Notes under the pieces: model-generated
What the model was told of the DNA's origin: nothing
Databases searched by the model: none
Seen by the model: only the letters and a program-made list of their open reading frames with translations
Part shown: positions 23,682-37,899 of the stretch, one piece after another
How the letters are laid out: the number at the start of each line of letters is the position of its first letter
Position numbering within the stretch: position 1 is the stretch's first letter
Program-made: the position numbers and the translations under genes
Source: Octopus sinensis
Taxonomy: Eukaryota
Direction of reading: 5' to 3'
DNA: 64,000 nucleotides
Assembly (NCBI RefSeq): GCF_006345805.1
Contig: NC_043003.1
Coordinates: forward strand, 60,388,001 to 60,452,000

Positions 23682-26269
23682 ATGTATGAATGTATGTATA
23701 TATATATGCATACTTACACACACACCATCTCCAACGCCGAAACTACCTGTTCGCGTGATTTCGACCTTCGCTGATCTCGTCAATGATGGGCGCTCAACAG
23801 CTAATAATGAGACTAATTCGGGACATCTTTGATCATCGTTGACTTTCTTTTCCGTATTTGCCAAATTAGCAATAAGAAAAATGATATATTGGTACAATAT
23901 GATATTGATAATATCTAAAAAGAAGACACATTTTCGTTCAATTTTAGTGAAAGTAGCATTGACCATGAGGTATTGATGTCATCAGATGGTATCTAACGAT
24001 TATCGGGTGTTTCGAACCTGACCTGTCACACCTTCCCGTTGATGATCAACGATGATAGACAAATCACTGTTCATTGTCTACTTCTGTTTTCCAACTTAAC
24101 TCCTCTCTCTAGTCTCGTAACGAGCAAGAGGCTCTTTCTTCTTCCTCCCTATCCTGCGCATCCTTTCACTTTTTACTTTTTATTCCATTGGTTATAAGCA
24201 TTCTATATATTGACTGGGCAGATAATAGCCATTACTGCCATCTTTTCTCCCTGCCATCCTGCATCTTGTTAAATAGACCCCAAACTTTAGTTTAATCACC
24301 GAGGAAAATAATTCACAGACGCAATTCGAGGAAAAATAAGTTTGTGATAAAGGAGAGAGGATAATTTTCATGGATTAGTCAATTACTAATACGTATGTGG
24401 TGAGAAGAAGAAATCCTCAATTCAAAGGCTATCATTTCAGTTTAATTTTTGCAAGAAAGAATAATAACTCTGAACAGGTTTCATTCTTATTAGACCCTCA
24501 CCGGCGTAACATTCTGCGAAATTCTGGTCTTGATGTTTCTTCACATCAAATTCGAGAAGAAAAATATCTTACATGGACACAGAAAGTTATTTCGATTTTT
24601 TAAAGGGGCGATATTCTAGAAACCTACACTATATTCATTTCCAATGGATCTTACTTCTACAATTCTCACACTGCTCTTAACATATAAATTGATTTACACA
24701 GTTGCTATGAGACTATGTACAAATATATGAATGTATTCATACACTTACATATGTTTACGCGTATTTCGTCTCCACTCTCTAGAACCTAATCATTTTCCTG
24801 ACTGCTTAAGTTATCAGCGTGAAGCCATGGTGTAGATTTAAATATACATACACACACATACATGTGCATATATGCGTGTGCATATATGTATGTTTGTATG
24901 TGTATATACATGTATATATCGAGTGTATGCAGCGTGTGTGAATAAGTCTGAGTGAGTTATGTGTCAATATATTTCTGTACATGTATGGTTTGTGCTTGTA
25001 TACCGATTGAAATGAACTGTAATGAATCATTAAAACACGGCAAACTCTTTACATCTCAGCTAAATAAATATTCATTCAAGTTCGGAAATGCCATATTATT
25101 TCAAAGTAAGTTGCTGATTTCTCTTTCGTCTTTTCATTCTTTCTCGCCCCCACTATCCAACTCTTTTTTCCTTTTTTCCTTTTAGACTCTCTCTGTCTCT
25201 CGCTCTCTCCTCTTTCGCAACACACGCTCATACACACATATATTTACAGAGATAAAGGTGTGTGTGAGAGAGAAAAACATACATACATACATATACATAC
25301 ACACGCACACACACACATATATATATATGCATTCATATACATATATTACATGCACATTCATCCATACATACAATGCATATGTCGAGAGCTATACATTTGT
25401 GTGTGTGTGCGCGTGTGTGTGTGCGTGTGTAAAACTCTTTCTTTCGGTCCTTCTAACTTTCTTTTCTTCTTTTTATCTAAGGTAAATTCAGTTCGTTACA
25501 AAGAAATATTAGAGACATGATGTTAAGTAAAAATAAATACATAAATAAATATAATATATACATATAAGAAACACACAGAAAGGAATTGGTGAATTATTGT
25601 ATACTGTAAAAGTTTCAAAGTAACTTGTTAATATTTTCTGAATTAAAAGATGTAGGGGTTCAGTTAATTTCGAAAGAATTACCTCTTGCCTGGAGAAAAT
25701 ACCCTGCGGGAAGTCCCTGCTACTGATAGATTTTTCCGAGTTCAAATACTTGTAGTACAGTGTTTTCGTATTGTGTTACTGGCTTCCAATCTATGAGGCA
25801 TTCTGTCGTTTTATAACCCCCACACTCCACTGAAAGACGAGCAGAAAGGAACCCATAGAGTTTCAGGGAATCGGAAATGTAAAAAGTAAATTAACATTTG
25901 AATCAAGGAACTTTTACTTTCTTTTTCTTTCTTTTCTTTTACGTTTTGCTTTATCCCAATAATCTACCTTCTGTAGTCATCACACAACATTTCGCATTTT
26001 CCATCTCATATTTATTTTATCTGCTGCATTGCTGCGAAAGTTGAAATCCATGTTCCGATATGTTATATATTTATTTATTTGTCTGTTTATTTCGAGAGTA
26101 GATACGTTTCTATTCTGCATTTAGTATCCTTCTCTACTAATAACCAAGTTATTTTTCCCTACTGAACCCCCATTAAAATTGTAGTTACCATAAATTATTC
26201 ATTTCGCGAATAAGTTATCTTCCATAAGGAGGTAGATATAGGATATGGCAGTTTACTGCTTGAGGTATT

Positions 26270-27910
26270 ACTCTTCATGCCTGAAGGCTTTAGTTGCACC
26301 TCTGATTCGTTGACGCTGCCAGGTTATATTAACTCTTGCTGGACTAAACTAAAGTTTCTTACCCTGGGAAACAATGCATCTCCCAGACACACAAGCTTCT
26401 GCTTGACAGCTAAATTGCTTAACCACGTTCTGTTAAGCAACATGCTGTTTAGATATATCTTTTTTATAAACAATTATTATTCATGAAATCGGACTCTTGT
26501 TTTCAATAAGTGTTCCAGGTCAAATTGGTTAACTGAACTCTAGAAAGTGACCTCTTTATATTCATCGGCATATAGTATGCAGTGGATTTGAACTCTTCGT
26601 TCATTAGTTTGTATCCTAATATCAGTTGAAATAAACATCGAAAATACTTTGCTCTGCACAGAAACTGCAGGAGCTACTCAGGGGTATTGTATGAAATTCT
26701 GAACCCATCACAATGTCGAAATCCTTCCGTATCATCAGCCAGTGTTCAGGGTCACAAGGGTTTCGCTCCTTAGCCACTATTCGTCTCCTGAGTGGGTCAA
26801 CGAGAACTGAACAAGTCTTCGCCTGCAGAAGAGTTCCAATTGTGGTCTCTTATCAACGATAGCCACTTTGAGCTGATTTCAGTTGCTAGGTCTATCACCT
26901 CGGTGGCTATTTTCTTTTTAGTTGTTTGGGTTGGGTTATACCATTCTAATCGTCTGATAGAAGCAGCACATTGATCCAGACGGAAAACCGAATTATTCGA
27001 CTTCAATAGAGAATGAGGTCGCTTGCTATCCTTTAACAAGGGTTTTTTGTCGATCAAATTCTAATATGTCTTAAAACTTTTTTTTTAGCTGGTGAAAAAT
27101 ATCGAGTATTTCTTCCCATTCTTAACCACGATTATTGTTTTGCTCTCCTGGAGAGCAGGTCGATGTCATATTATAGCTTTCTTCTCTGAGATTACGAGTC
27201 TGCTCTCTAGTCCTCTTACATTTTCCAACCTGAGGTTGGATGCAAAACAGAAAACGGTTTCCCTACAGTTACTTTCGCCACAGGAACATTGTCACCGTCC
27301 CTTAGGAACTTGATAGCTTTGGGCGGTGGTGGCAGCGGTTTGCTATTCTTAACCCTTTGCAGATAGATTATCCATTTCACTATTTCTTGTTCCCAAAGGT
27401 ATCCAACCAAAATATGGTTCAAGGTGCTTACAGGATGACCCTTCCGCTTTGTCTTATATTTTAAGGTTTTGAGGGGTTAGTAAGACGTCTTCAATGGCTC
27501 CCAGGACGAAGGACAACCTTCCCTCATTAGTACTCTACAGTTCCTTCCAGGACAGAGAGTGCTCGAATGCCTGGCTCCACTGTATCCTTTGTCCTGGTTA
27601 TTCAGTGACAGTTCCAATGTACGTTGACTAAATACTATCGTCAGCAGTCAATTGACAGGGTAATAATTCAAATCAGAGTGTAAAAATGAACCCATTATTT
27701 TCTTCTTTTACATGAATCGTTAGCCATTATCGCCCCACTCTTTGCATGAATCATTACTCTATTATCACTCCACCAAGGGGGAGCTATACCGTCCACTTTG
27801 GGAACCACTGATATAATTAGAGAGCAAGCTTTATTCTACATTTCTCATTTGAATAACTGGTCAGAAATACCAGCTGTATTTGTGGGTGAACTTAACTGCC
27901 GTAATGTAGT
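26270..27910. mobile_element. Ancient LINE-like fragments, clade uncertain
   Basis: Minus: CAASIRR..NPTQ and ILYADE. Plus 27780-27910: LYRP and FVGELNCRN (APE GDFN-like). Weak motifs only. Confidence 0.35.
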
Positions 27911-28564
27911 GTGCTCTTTTGATAAGCATTTACGTTTTATTTTCCTTTCCTATCAATCGTAATGTAACAAAAAAAAAGAATTAAAATTCTCTTAAGGTAT
28001 CTGGAAGCGTTTTTATCTTTTTAACATGCAATGATTTTTGCGTGCGAGGCACAGATTATCGATCTAAATATGTCCGTTTCATCATGCAAGTTTTTCTATT
28101 CTTTTCTTTTTTTCATCATTGATGTCCTGAGGTTGTTTCCAGCTGGGAAAATACATCTCGTTTTTATTCAGTAAAGCTCTACACCGATACAATTGCACGC
28201 ACACACACACACTCACACACACACACAACACACATACACACACACACACATACACACGCACAAACACTCACGCATACACACATATGCATGCCCCAGCATG
28301 ACCGCAGCTTTGAAGCTGAAACATTTTAAAGAGTTACGTAAATGCTTGAAATGTAGAGTAGATAAAACAGCAGACAACTGATGAAGGGTCATTTTTATGT
28401 TGCTTGTCTTATTTTCCATTTTTGTTTCTTTTGTTGTTTGCATAAAAGTTCGCATTACATGTTTTCGTATTTCATGTTGTTTACGCTCTCTATGACGTCC
28501 TCTACCCATATATGCATGTGCATATACGTATATATGTAATTATGTACATATATGTATGTATATA

Positions 28565-28609
<45 letters not shown>

Positions 28610-28681
28610 TATATTATTATACGATTGAACGTCACGCATCCATTTCCAAGTAAGTCTTATCTATATCTATTTATTTATCTG

Positions 28682-28713
<32 letters not shown>

Positions 28714-28734
28714 TATACCAACACCAAAGAAATC

Positions 28735-28890
28735 TTCACAGTTTCAACCAAATACATCCACAAGGCTTTGGTCCGTCTGGAGGCAAATCAGAAGACGCGT
28801 GATCTGGTTGCAGTGCAATGTGCCTCAGTTCGAAACCAAGTGGTCGCAAAGTGTAATTCTTGATCATACAGCCATGACCGCGTTTATAAT
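28735..28890 (-). mobile_element. SINE family A head, degenerate
   Basis: CCACAAGGCTTTGGTC..CATACAGCCATG. Confidence 0.6.
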
Positions 28891-28936
28891 AACTGCATTG
28901 GAAAAGACCTTAAACATTCAGTAGTTGATATATTCT

Positions 28937-29332
28937 TTTCTTCTCTAGGTACAAGGCCCGGAATTTTGTGAGAGGGGGAGGCAGTCGATTAGATCAACTC
29001 CAATATGCAACTGGTACCTAATTTATCGACCCCGAAAGGATAAAAGGCGAAGTCGACCTCGGCGGAATTTGAACACAGGACGTAAAGACAGATGAAATAC
29101 CTATTTCTTTATTACCCACAAGGGGCTAAACATAGAGGGGACAAACATGGACAGACATAGGTATTAAGTCGATTACATCGACCCCAGTGCATAACTGGTA
29201 CTTAATTTATCGACCCCGAAAGGATGAAAGGCAAATCGACCTCGGCGGAATTTGAACTCAGGACGTAAAGACAGATGAAATACCACTAAGCATTTCGCCC
29301 GACGCGCTTTCGTGTCTGCCAACTCGTCGCCT
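28937..29332 (-). mobile_element. SINE family N with duplicated core
   Basis: rc core GCCTTTCATCCTTTCGGGGTCGATAAATTAAGTACCAG (resembles the Nin/Deu domain, from memory) present twice, at about 28985-29100 and 29169-29283. Confidence 0.85.
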
Positions 29333-29439
29333 TCGGTAGTTAACTTATTAACACTCAAAATCTCACTTATTGCTTTATTGTTCTAAAAACTAAAACTATT
29401 TACGTCCATGTTCGATCAAAACCATTTATTTCTTTTGAA

Positions 29440-29670
29440 ACTGTGTGAGTCCGTGTCTATGTTTGTGACCCTCACACCGTTTAAAAACCGGTGTTAGTTT
29501 GTTTAAAGTTTCCGTAACTTTGTCGTTCGTCGTAAGTCACCGGTAGAATAAGTATTAACTATAAGATTAAAAAATAAATACTGCGGTCAATCTATTCGAC
29601 TACATCCCTTCACGGTGGTGCCCCAGCATGGCCGGAGTCCATTGACTAAAACAAGTAAATGATAAAAGAT
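29440..29670 (+). mobile_element. SINE family A, 3' half, degenerate
   Basis: GGTGCCCCAGCATGGCCGGAGTCCATTGACTAAAACAAG. Confidence 0.7.
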
Positions 29671-30009
29671 GATACTGATTTTTTTTTCTTTCCATCTTTC
29701 TACGAAGTGGACTGAAAGTTCCTGGTTTTAAAGGTATCACAAAAGAGCCGTTTGGAGGCCCAACCCTCCGAGTTCTATCTACAGAGCTTGGAAATACTGA
29801 AGGACCGTTGCAGTAAGTGTGTGAATCTGAGAGGGAAATGTTGAATAAAATCATAATTAACTAACCCTCCTGTATTATCTTTCACCGGAAACCAGGAACT
29901 TTTCAGTACCTACTCATACGAATGCTTCCTCCAAGATACAAATTATTTGGTCAATAAAAGTTTAGTTAATTAATTACACCTGCAATAGGTATAATAATTA
30001 TCGTTTACC

Positions 30010-30432
30010 TTCTATATCTTTCAATGATTGGACTGCGACCATACTGGAGCAACGCCTTGAAAGATTTTAATCAAACAAATCGGTCCGATTACTAACTAAT
30101 TGTTAAAGTCTGGAACTTATTCTATTTATCACTTTTGCTGAACCAATCAATTTTGGGAACGTAAACAAACCAACACCGATTGTCAAACGGAGTTGGTGAG
30201 ACAAAGATACGCCTGCACACATGCAAACACAGACAGACACATATATAAATATAAACACACATATGTATATATAGACGATTGGCTTCCAAACAGTTTCCGC
30301 CAAATTCACTCTCGAGACAGTAGTCGGCTCAAAACTATAGTAGGAGTACCATTCCCAAGGTGTAGCGCAGTGGAGCCGAACGCGAAACTATGTGGTTCAA
30401 AGCAAGCTTGTTAACCAAACAGCCATGCCTGT
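30010..30432 (-). mobile_element. SINE family A, degenerate full length
   Basis: Tail and head both recognisable. Confidence 0.7.
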
Positions 30433-30838
30433 GCTATTCCTTTTGATAAGTACATCAATTCTGAAATTAAATCGAGAATATAGTGAAATGAAATTAATCT
30501 TTGGCAAGTTAAATCCTGATGTAGCCATCGTCCTATAGGTACGTATTTGATGCTTGATGACTGATTTTTTTTTGCTCTGGGGAAGATATCATTGAGTCGG
30601 TGGTTCCTTATATTTTCAGTTGATCAAACGATTGATTCATAAAATTGAACCATGAACGCATTTAATCGTTTGTGGTTGAATTTTATATATATCTGCATAC
30701 CTTCAATGTTGTAAATGCATATAACCCATTATATTTGTCTATTATATTTACATATATAATATACACATACATATATATGTACATTATGTGTGTTTGTGTG
30801 TTTGTATGTGCGTGTGCATATATATATATATATATATA

Positions 30839-30881
<43 letters not shown>

Positions 30882-31030
30882 ATATATATCTAAGTTTGTA
30901 AGATTCTGTATAGAAGAATATATTAAACAACGAAGTTCCAGGATAGTCCGATTTTCTCGTTTTATTATTTACAATTTTTACACTTTTTGAGATATACACA
31001 TAGGTATACATATACATACATGCATACATA

Positions 31031-31637
31031 CAAGGGTTGGACAAAATAATGGAAACACCTAGCATCGTAGCATCATAATTTTGAAATATCTATAAAACAG
31101 TCAAAAGTTTGTTCATTTTTATTAGTGTTGCTTAATACGTTATGCTAAAATTGCTGTTTCTTTTCAAATATCAGAAAAATGTAATTAAAATCCATTAAAA
31201 TGACAGATCTATCGGACTTTCAAAGAGGTCAAATTGTTGGTGCTCGTATGGCAGGCGCTAGCATAGTAAAATCAGCTGAAATGTTTGGTGTATAAAAAAG
31301 TACTGTCTCGAAAGTAATGACAGCCTTTGAGAAAGCGGGGGAAAAACCTCCTCGTCGAAACAAAACTCTGGAAGAGAACCAAAACTTTCAGATACGGATC
31401 GTCGGGCTCTTACGTGAATTGTTAGAAAGGATCACAAAAGCACAGCTTCCACCTTGAGAACAAATTTTCCACAAAAACTGTTCGATGGGAGCTGCACAAA
31501 GCCGGATTTCACGGGAGGGCTGCGATCAGAAAACCACTACTTTCAAAAACGTTGCAAAGCATTTAGTTCGGAGTAAAAACCTACAGAATTCGTCCCTAGA
31601 GCATTTGGAAGAATGTTATTTTCTTGGACGAGTCATC
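31031..31637 (+). mobile_element. Tc1-family transposon 5' part with transposase pseudogene
   Basis: TA|CAAGGGTTGGACAAAATAATGGAAACACC; ATG at 31200: MTDLSDFQRGQIVGARMAGAS..KSTVSKV..ELHKAGFHGRAAIRKPLL..VIFLDES. Confidence 0.85.
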
Positions 31638-31639
31638 TC

Positions 31640-32400
31640 TTACAAATTATCTCCTCACATATTATTAGCCTGTTAAATAGGGATACATTTACTAATAATT
31701 ATATAGGCAGTTCCTCTTCTCAGTTATCTAAATGAATTTCTAATCATTACTCTACATTTAGGGATAGGAATAAACGTATCAGTACAGAGCTTAGTAAATT
31801 TATGTGGTATCTAAAATACCACAATAAACAATTTAATTTAGATTGGTTGGTTCTCTCAATTTCAATCCCTTATGATAAAGGCAAGAAATTCTGTCTTCCC
31901 TGTAATTCTGAACTATTTTATTATTCTTTTTTCTAAAAATCCCGTGGTAAACACGATTATAGAGCATGCATACCGATGTAAACATTGGCAGAAACACACC
32001 TTTAGCTCATATAAGTAATATCTATCATTATATATAATTTAAACATTAATTTTTTCTTACATTTCTCATTCACTAGATATATCTTTTTCCAAGATTTTAG
32101 GGTTTTATTTAATTTACATATCGTTATATACTTCTCATTTATTTGTTTTTTTGTCTTTCTTTTTCTCCTCTTTCTATAGGCTATCTTTGACGTTATATCT
32201 GCTAACGTTTTTTTACAACAAAAACTTAATAGCGTTCAGTTAATCACTATACATATCCATCATATTCTGTTAAAATGTCTTATTGACGAGTTACATTTCT
32301 TCATTTCCCTGAAGAGAAGATTACATTGTTTTACACCATTTTTATACCTTTGGAATAATACCAGTGATAACTTCTAGACATGTGTCGGAAGTAAAAGAAT
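31640..32400 (+). mobile_element. Naiad-type PLE 3' fragment (GIY-YIG plus pLTR)
   Basis: YIGSSSSQLSK*ISNHYSTFRD..LSKFMWYLK..PYDKGKKFCLPC; homologous to about 50400-50950 on the minus strand. Confidence 0.8.
32305..32390 (+). ncRNA. Degenerate hammerhead with long stem II (GAAA decayed)
   Basis: ttcc CTGAAGA gaag..cttc TAGA CATGTG T C ggaa. Confidence 0.45.
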
Positions 32401-32512
32401 TTGAATAACACCTGTGTTTAACTCCATTTATATATATATATATATATATACAAACATACATATGTATGTATGTGCGTATACATATATATGTATATGTATG
32501 TATATATATATA

Positions 32513-32557
<45 letters not shown>

Positions 32558-34011
32558 ATATATATATACTTATATATACATACGTATGTGTGTGTGTGTG
32601 TGTGTGTGTGTATGCATGTGTATGATTTGCTCATCAACCAAATTCCTCTATTAACTAACTTGATTAATGATTGCTTTATCCTCCGTCTGAAATGTTAAAC
32701 ATCTACTTCTCGTTGAGAATAGACACTGCTGGTTCGTGTTCAAAATACATAATAAAAATGTCTCAAAATACAAAAGAAATATCTTGTAAAAGGCTACACA
32801 ATTTAATTGGCCACGAAGTCTTTCTGGAAATCAGTGAAATTTATTCTAGATAATTACAGTAATCACATCAAATGTAGAACTGTTTGTTAATAAGTTTGAA
32901 ATATATTTTTCTTTCGGCAAATTTCGGAAGATTCATATTTATAATTAAGAGTTAATTCTCCCAACAGTTAAGTAGAAATTATAATTGTTTTAAGTGTTTT
33001 TAATAGGATTTGCCTAAAATGGCGTATTTTATGTTTTTACTCATTATCGTTTTACGTGACCACGTGATCTTACGGAGTTCTATATATAAGTGTGTATGAG
33101 TGAGTATATGTGTTTATATATGTGTATATTATGGGAGTATATTTTCGGTTGCGTATGTATGTATGTGTGTGTTTGTTGTGTGTCTGTGTCTGTGTATGTG
33201 TGTCTGTTTGTGTATATCTGTGTGTATGTGTTATCTGTATATGTGTGTAGCGTACGACGTTTTTGTTTTGTTGTAGCTATTTTGTTGTCTGTGTACATTA
33301 TATGTTCAAAATTTACATGGTTTCTCTCTATCAACATAATGACGAATAAATACATTGTCAATTATCCTTTTGTGGAATCAGTCGATCGATCTTCCATTTT
33401 CAGGCAATTTTCCTACGAAATTATATTTTCGAAATATATATGTATTTACGCACTGAGTAGAGATTAGATAAAGCCTTTTGTTCAATTATGCCTTTTATTG
33501 GCAGAAATACGTAGGTGAATATCAAGACAAAACATACGATACTATTTGATTAGGTTCCTTTGCGTTCCGGCTATGTATTTTTAATCTGGATTTGAAATAA
33601 AGTTGACCCTATAACTACCAAATTATGTACTGGGTCGATATAATTTATTAATATACTTAAAGGCAGTACACAAACATTGATAATGACTGCAATTATTCAA
33701 AGAATAGAAGCCGATGTAACTATACAAGCAAGTAAATCTTTAAATGCATGTAGAATAAACTGTATTGAACTGAGGTTGCATCGGAGGGGGTAAATATGTG
33801 TTAATTTGATTTCAGAAGCAACGGGAGCGAGGGGAGAAAATCAGGTGAACAGTATAAAGTAATTATACTGATATTATAACGCACATTATATGCTAGGAAT
33901 GGATCAATCTATACATCTACAAAGCTTTTATCATACACACATGTACATGCACATATACATGTATATATGAAAATACCTGTTATATGTCCTTATGGTTTTG
34001 TTTGTTCCTTC

Positions 34012-34307
34012 TTGAGCCATACTTCGCTCTTAAGGGCCAGTTTCCCGGTCTCCCGGCTTCATTGGCATGTAAGTTCCCCATCTGGACAGGACGCCGGTCC
34101 ATCGCAGGTAAGCTGCTAGATGCAAGAGGAAAGAGTGAGAGAAAGTTGTGGCGAAAGAGTCAGCAGAATTTCGCCATTAACTTCTGCCGGAGCCCCGTGG
34201 AACTTAGGTGTTTCGCTCATAAACACACACATCGCCTGGTCTGAGATTCGGTCCCTCGATCCCTCGACCGCGAGTCCACTATTCTAAACACTAGGCCATG
34301 TGCCTCC
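34012..34307 (-). mobile_element. tRNA-derived SINE (body X, tail alpha)
   Basis: GGACGCCGGTCCATCGCAG tail joined to GAGAGAAAGTTGTGGCGAAAGAG body; head rc GGAGGCACATGGCCTAGTG. Confidence 0.85.
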
Positions 34308-35225
34308 CCATGTCTATGTAATATAGCTATTATGTCTATCTTTATTGGATCATCAGTTTTTTTTCTCACCGGTACTGGCTTATAAATGCTGAAGAGGACC
34401 TTTAATGGCATCCATTTCACCGTTCTAGGAGGGTCTCTGAAAACTGTGGACATTGGCTTAGGAAGTAAGTGATTTTTAAAATTACCTTATGCTCTAGAGA
34501 CTTATAAATCCGGTTACCCGGGTTCCAGGGCGTATACGTGTCTGGGGTAACAACACTCCTATTGAACAGAACGTCGAAACGTTACGGGTTTCAAAGCTAG
34601 CAATTTTTGATAGGAACGAAAAAATCGTTTACGCTGGCCCCTGCGCTTGACGGGTACTTTATTTAATCAACTAAAGCTTACTTCGGGAAGTTTTGAACTC
34701 AGAACGTAAACGAGCTATAAAAAAAAATCACCTCTTAGCATTTTATCTGACGCACTAAAGTATCTGTTTACTCGCTACCTTCGCAAGTAAAATATATAGC
34801 TGTTTTCAAAGCATTAAGGAAAAGAAAAAGGTTTATTAAAAACTGTACTTCTCAACGTTGAGGCTGCTTCAATTTCGAATACCCACTCCGATTTTGACCT
34901 GCAAATTTCGAAAACTCTGTAACTTCTTACTAACTTTCGTTGATAGCTTAGCAATATAGAAATCTTATTTGAATATTTTTTCTTTTTCGTTAAGCTTTTC
35001 AGTACGTTTAAAATAAGGTATGTTTAAAATAATTAGCACACCTCTAGGGTAAAGTTGGCATTATAGAAAATGCAAATTTCGTTCTGCACGTTGTACGGGA
35101 AATTTTCGAGATTCAGTCTTTTAAAACACAGCGTCGTAAGCACCTGGAAATACAGCAACATTTACGTTTAACACAACAGAAGAAAAATGATGATTTATGC
35201 TAATATTCCTGTGCGTCTATTTTCA

Positions 35226-35453
35226 GGTGCAGGTATGGTTGCATCGTTAAAATGCTTGCTTTGCAACCATGTAGTTTTTAGTGCAGTCCCACTCCGCGGC
35301 ACCTAGGGGCAAGTGTCTACGTTTCTATTGCCCCGGGAGACCAATGCTTTATGAATGAATTTGGTAGTGGGGAAACTGAGTGTAAGTCCGTGTATACACG
35401 CACAAACACACATATATATATATACACACCTACATACACACAACACACACACA

Positions 35454-35504
<51 letters not shown>

Positions 35505-35765
35505 ATATAATATATATTATATATACATATTACATATATATATATATGTCTATATTTAGAGTGAGAGAGAGAGAATTAATTTGTGTTTGTTCCACTCATT
35601 CATTTGATAACTAATGTTGGTTTCTCAACAAATGATGTCCGATGGAATAACTACCATATTTAAAACACAATAAAAACTGGGGTTGAACTGTTCGACTTAG
35701 ATCTCCCAAAGGTAGTGCCCCAGAGTGGCCACAGTGAAATAACTAAAACTATTAATATATAAAAG
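35226..35765 (+). mobile_element. SINE family A, degenerate
   Basis: Head ..GCAGTCCCACTCCGCGGCACC; tail GTGCCCCAGAGTGGCCACAG. Confidence 0.7.
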
Positions 35766-37241
35766 ATTTATCCAATATCTAATAAGATTTTTTTCATGTA
35801 TTTATTATTACGTTTGAAATTAGTTTTTGTAAAAGTTATTGTAATTGACAGTTTAATGCCTGTTATTCATCCCTTATTTGTATTAATTTATTATCCGTTT
35901 CTTCTCAGCTACATATATTACATATAGACAGTAACTACATATTACTTTCCTCAGAAACATTTCTTCAATGATCTTCCACATTGTTTTCGTTTCCCTTGCT
36001 TCATATCCACTCCGGTTTTTGAATGCACAACTTGAGCGAAGACAGATAACGGAGATGAACAAAAATACAGGCATACGAAAAAATATAAAAAAGAAATCAC
36101 AGAAAAGAACGGAAAATTGTGATTTTATTCTTTCGTTCTGCACACACACACACACACCACACTCAAATACATACATACACACACACATACATACCTGTGT
36201 ATATACATATATATACATATATATATATATGTATATATACACTTATATTATATATATATATACATACATATATATTGCAGTGTATCATTAGCTGTTGTAA
36301 GACGTGATGTTATTGAGTTATTGAGTATACATAAGTTTTGCCTTCCATTCTTAACCAGTTTTCTGAATTTTTTTTTACCCTCTTTTGTATTGATATACCG
36401 AGTGTTTTATTATCGTTTTCTTTATATCGTTTCTTTCTCCTATATGTTCTTTCCTTTTGTTTTTACTACATATTTTTACTTCACATCGTATGTATTGATA
36501 CTGCAATATAATACTCTTTTAATGAGGGACATTCTTTGAAGATTTTTGCAAATAAACGACTCTGCTTTGAGGGGGAAAATACATGTAGAAAATAACAAGC
36601 CAACAAAAAAATAAGTTATGAAAAGAATAAAATACAATATATCATAAAAATTATATTTGTTCTTATGCTTTATATTTTCCCTCTTGTTTTGGCTGAAAGT
36701 ACACACGTCTTTGTACTGCATTTTTACTTTTTAAAATCATTTTTCCTTTTTACGTAATTTTTGTTTTTGTTTTATCGTTGTATCTTTGTAAAATTTGATT
36801 GAAAACAAAACATCAAATATACATGTATCATATTTTCATTCTTAACAAAATGATATCGTTACATATTTATACATATAAGTCAATACAGATATATTTTTCT
36901 TTCTTCCTCTCACTTCACTTTTCTACCCAGTATCTATATTATATATATATTATATACACAAACATGCAAACATATATATATATGTATATACGTATGTGTG
37001 TGTATGTGTGTGCGTTTGAGTGTGTGTGTATTTCTGAATGTGAGTTCATGTGTATATACATGTGTGAACATATACGTAGAGGGCGAGACAAAGAAGGTAA
37101 GTTAAAGGGAAAACGTAAGAGATATACGTGTGTGTATGTGTGTGTGTGTACATTTGTGTGAGTGTATATTGTGCTATACCTTTTGTTGGCCATTGTGTAG
37201 ATCAATCAAACACAAACGCATGTGCACACACTCACACGCAC

Positions 37242-37295
<54 letters not shown>

Positions 37296-37659
37296 ACACA
37301 TCACATCACACCAAATACACATTTTGTGAGGTGCGTATTCATCCCTGGGATGCAATAAAATTGTGTATAAGTTGCAAATTCGTCTTTATATGAATGCATC
37401 CATGTCATTGTGCATCTGTGCACGAACGTATGCATTTATGATTTTACAACAACGATTGTCTTTTCATATTCTTGTAAACATTTCGAGCAGTGCATTGCAC
37501 ATGAATATACATATCAAATATGTATATTACATCATTTTGTTCTCCGATTGTCAAAATAAGTTTAAGGTGACCAAGTACACGATCACGTACTCTAAAATAC
37601 AATTTGTATAACATGCGCCAAACAACAGCACTGTACATCATTCCATCTCATTATATATA

Positions 37660-37805
37660 GTAGTTCGGTAAACGAATCCGATAGAATAGATATTAGGCTT
37701 ATAACGAATAAGTAATGGGGTCAATTTCTTCGACTAAAAAAAATCTAAGGTGGCGTTCCAGCATGGCCACAGTCTGAAGCAGGTAAAAGAATAAATGAAT
37801 AAAAG
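37660..37805 (+). mobile_element. SINE family A, 3' end
   Basis: GTTCGGTAAACGAATCCGATAGAATA..GTTCCAGCATGGCCACAGTC. Confidence 0.7.
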
Positions 37806-37899
37806 AATACACACACACACACACAGAAGAGAAAAGATGAAAAACAGATTTGTTTTACAGGATTACGGAGTATATTAAAGTCATGATAATAAAGATATT

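Noticed and set aside
23710-23775. Minus-strand TTGACGA GATC..GGTC GAAAT hammerhead-like motif
   Set aside because: Stem II fits but stems I and III and the cleavage triplet do not.
23980-24020. Minus-strand GAAAC...CTGATGA (type II order)
   Set aside because: No consistent stems could be formed.
24397-24603. 68-aa ORF as an exon
   Set aside because: No recognisable motif and no convincing donor site.
34555-34590. TTGAACAGAACGTCGAAACGTTA hammerhead-like string
   Set aside because: Positions 3 and 8 mismatch and there is no stem I; it lies in degenerate SINE-like sequence.
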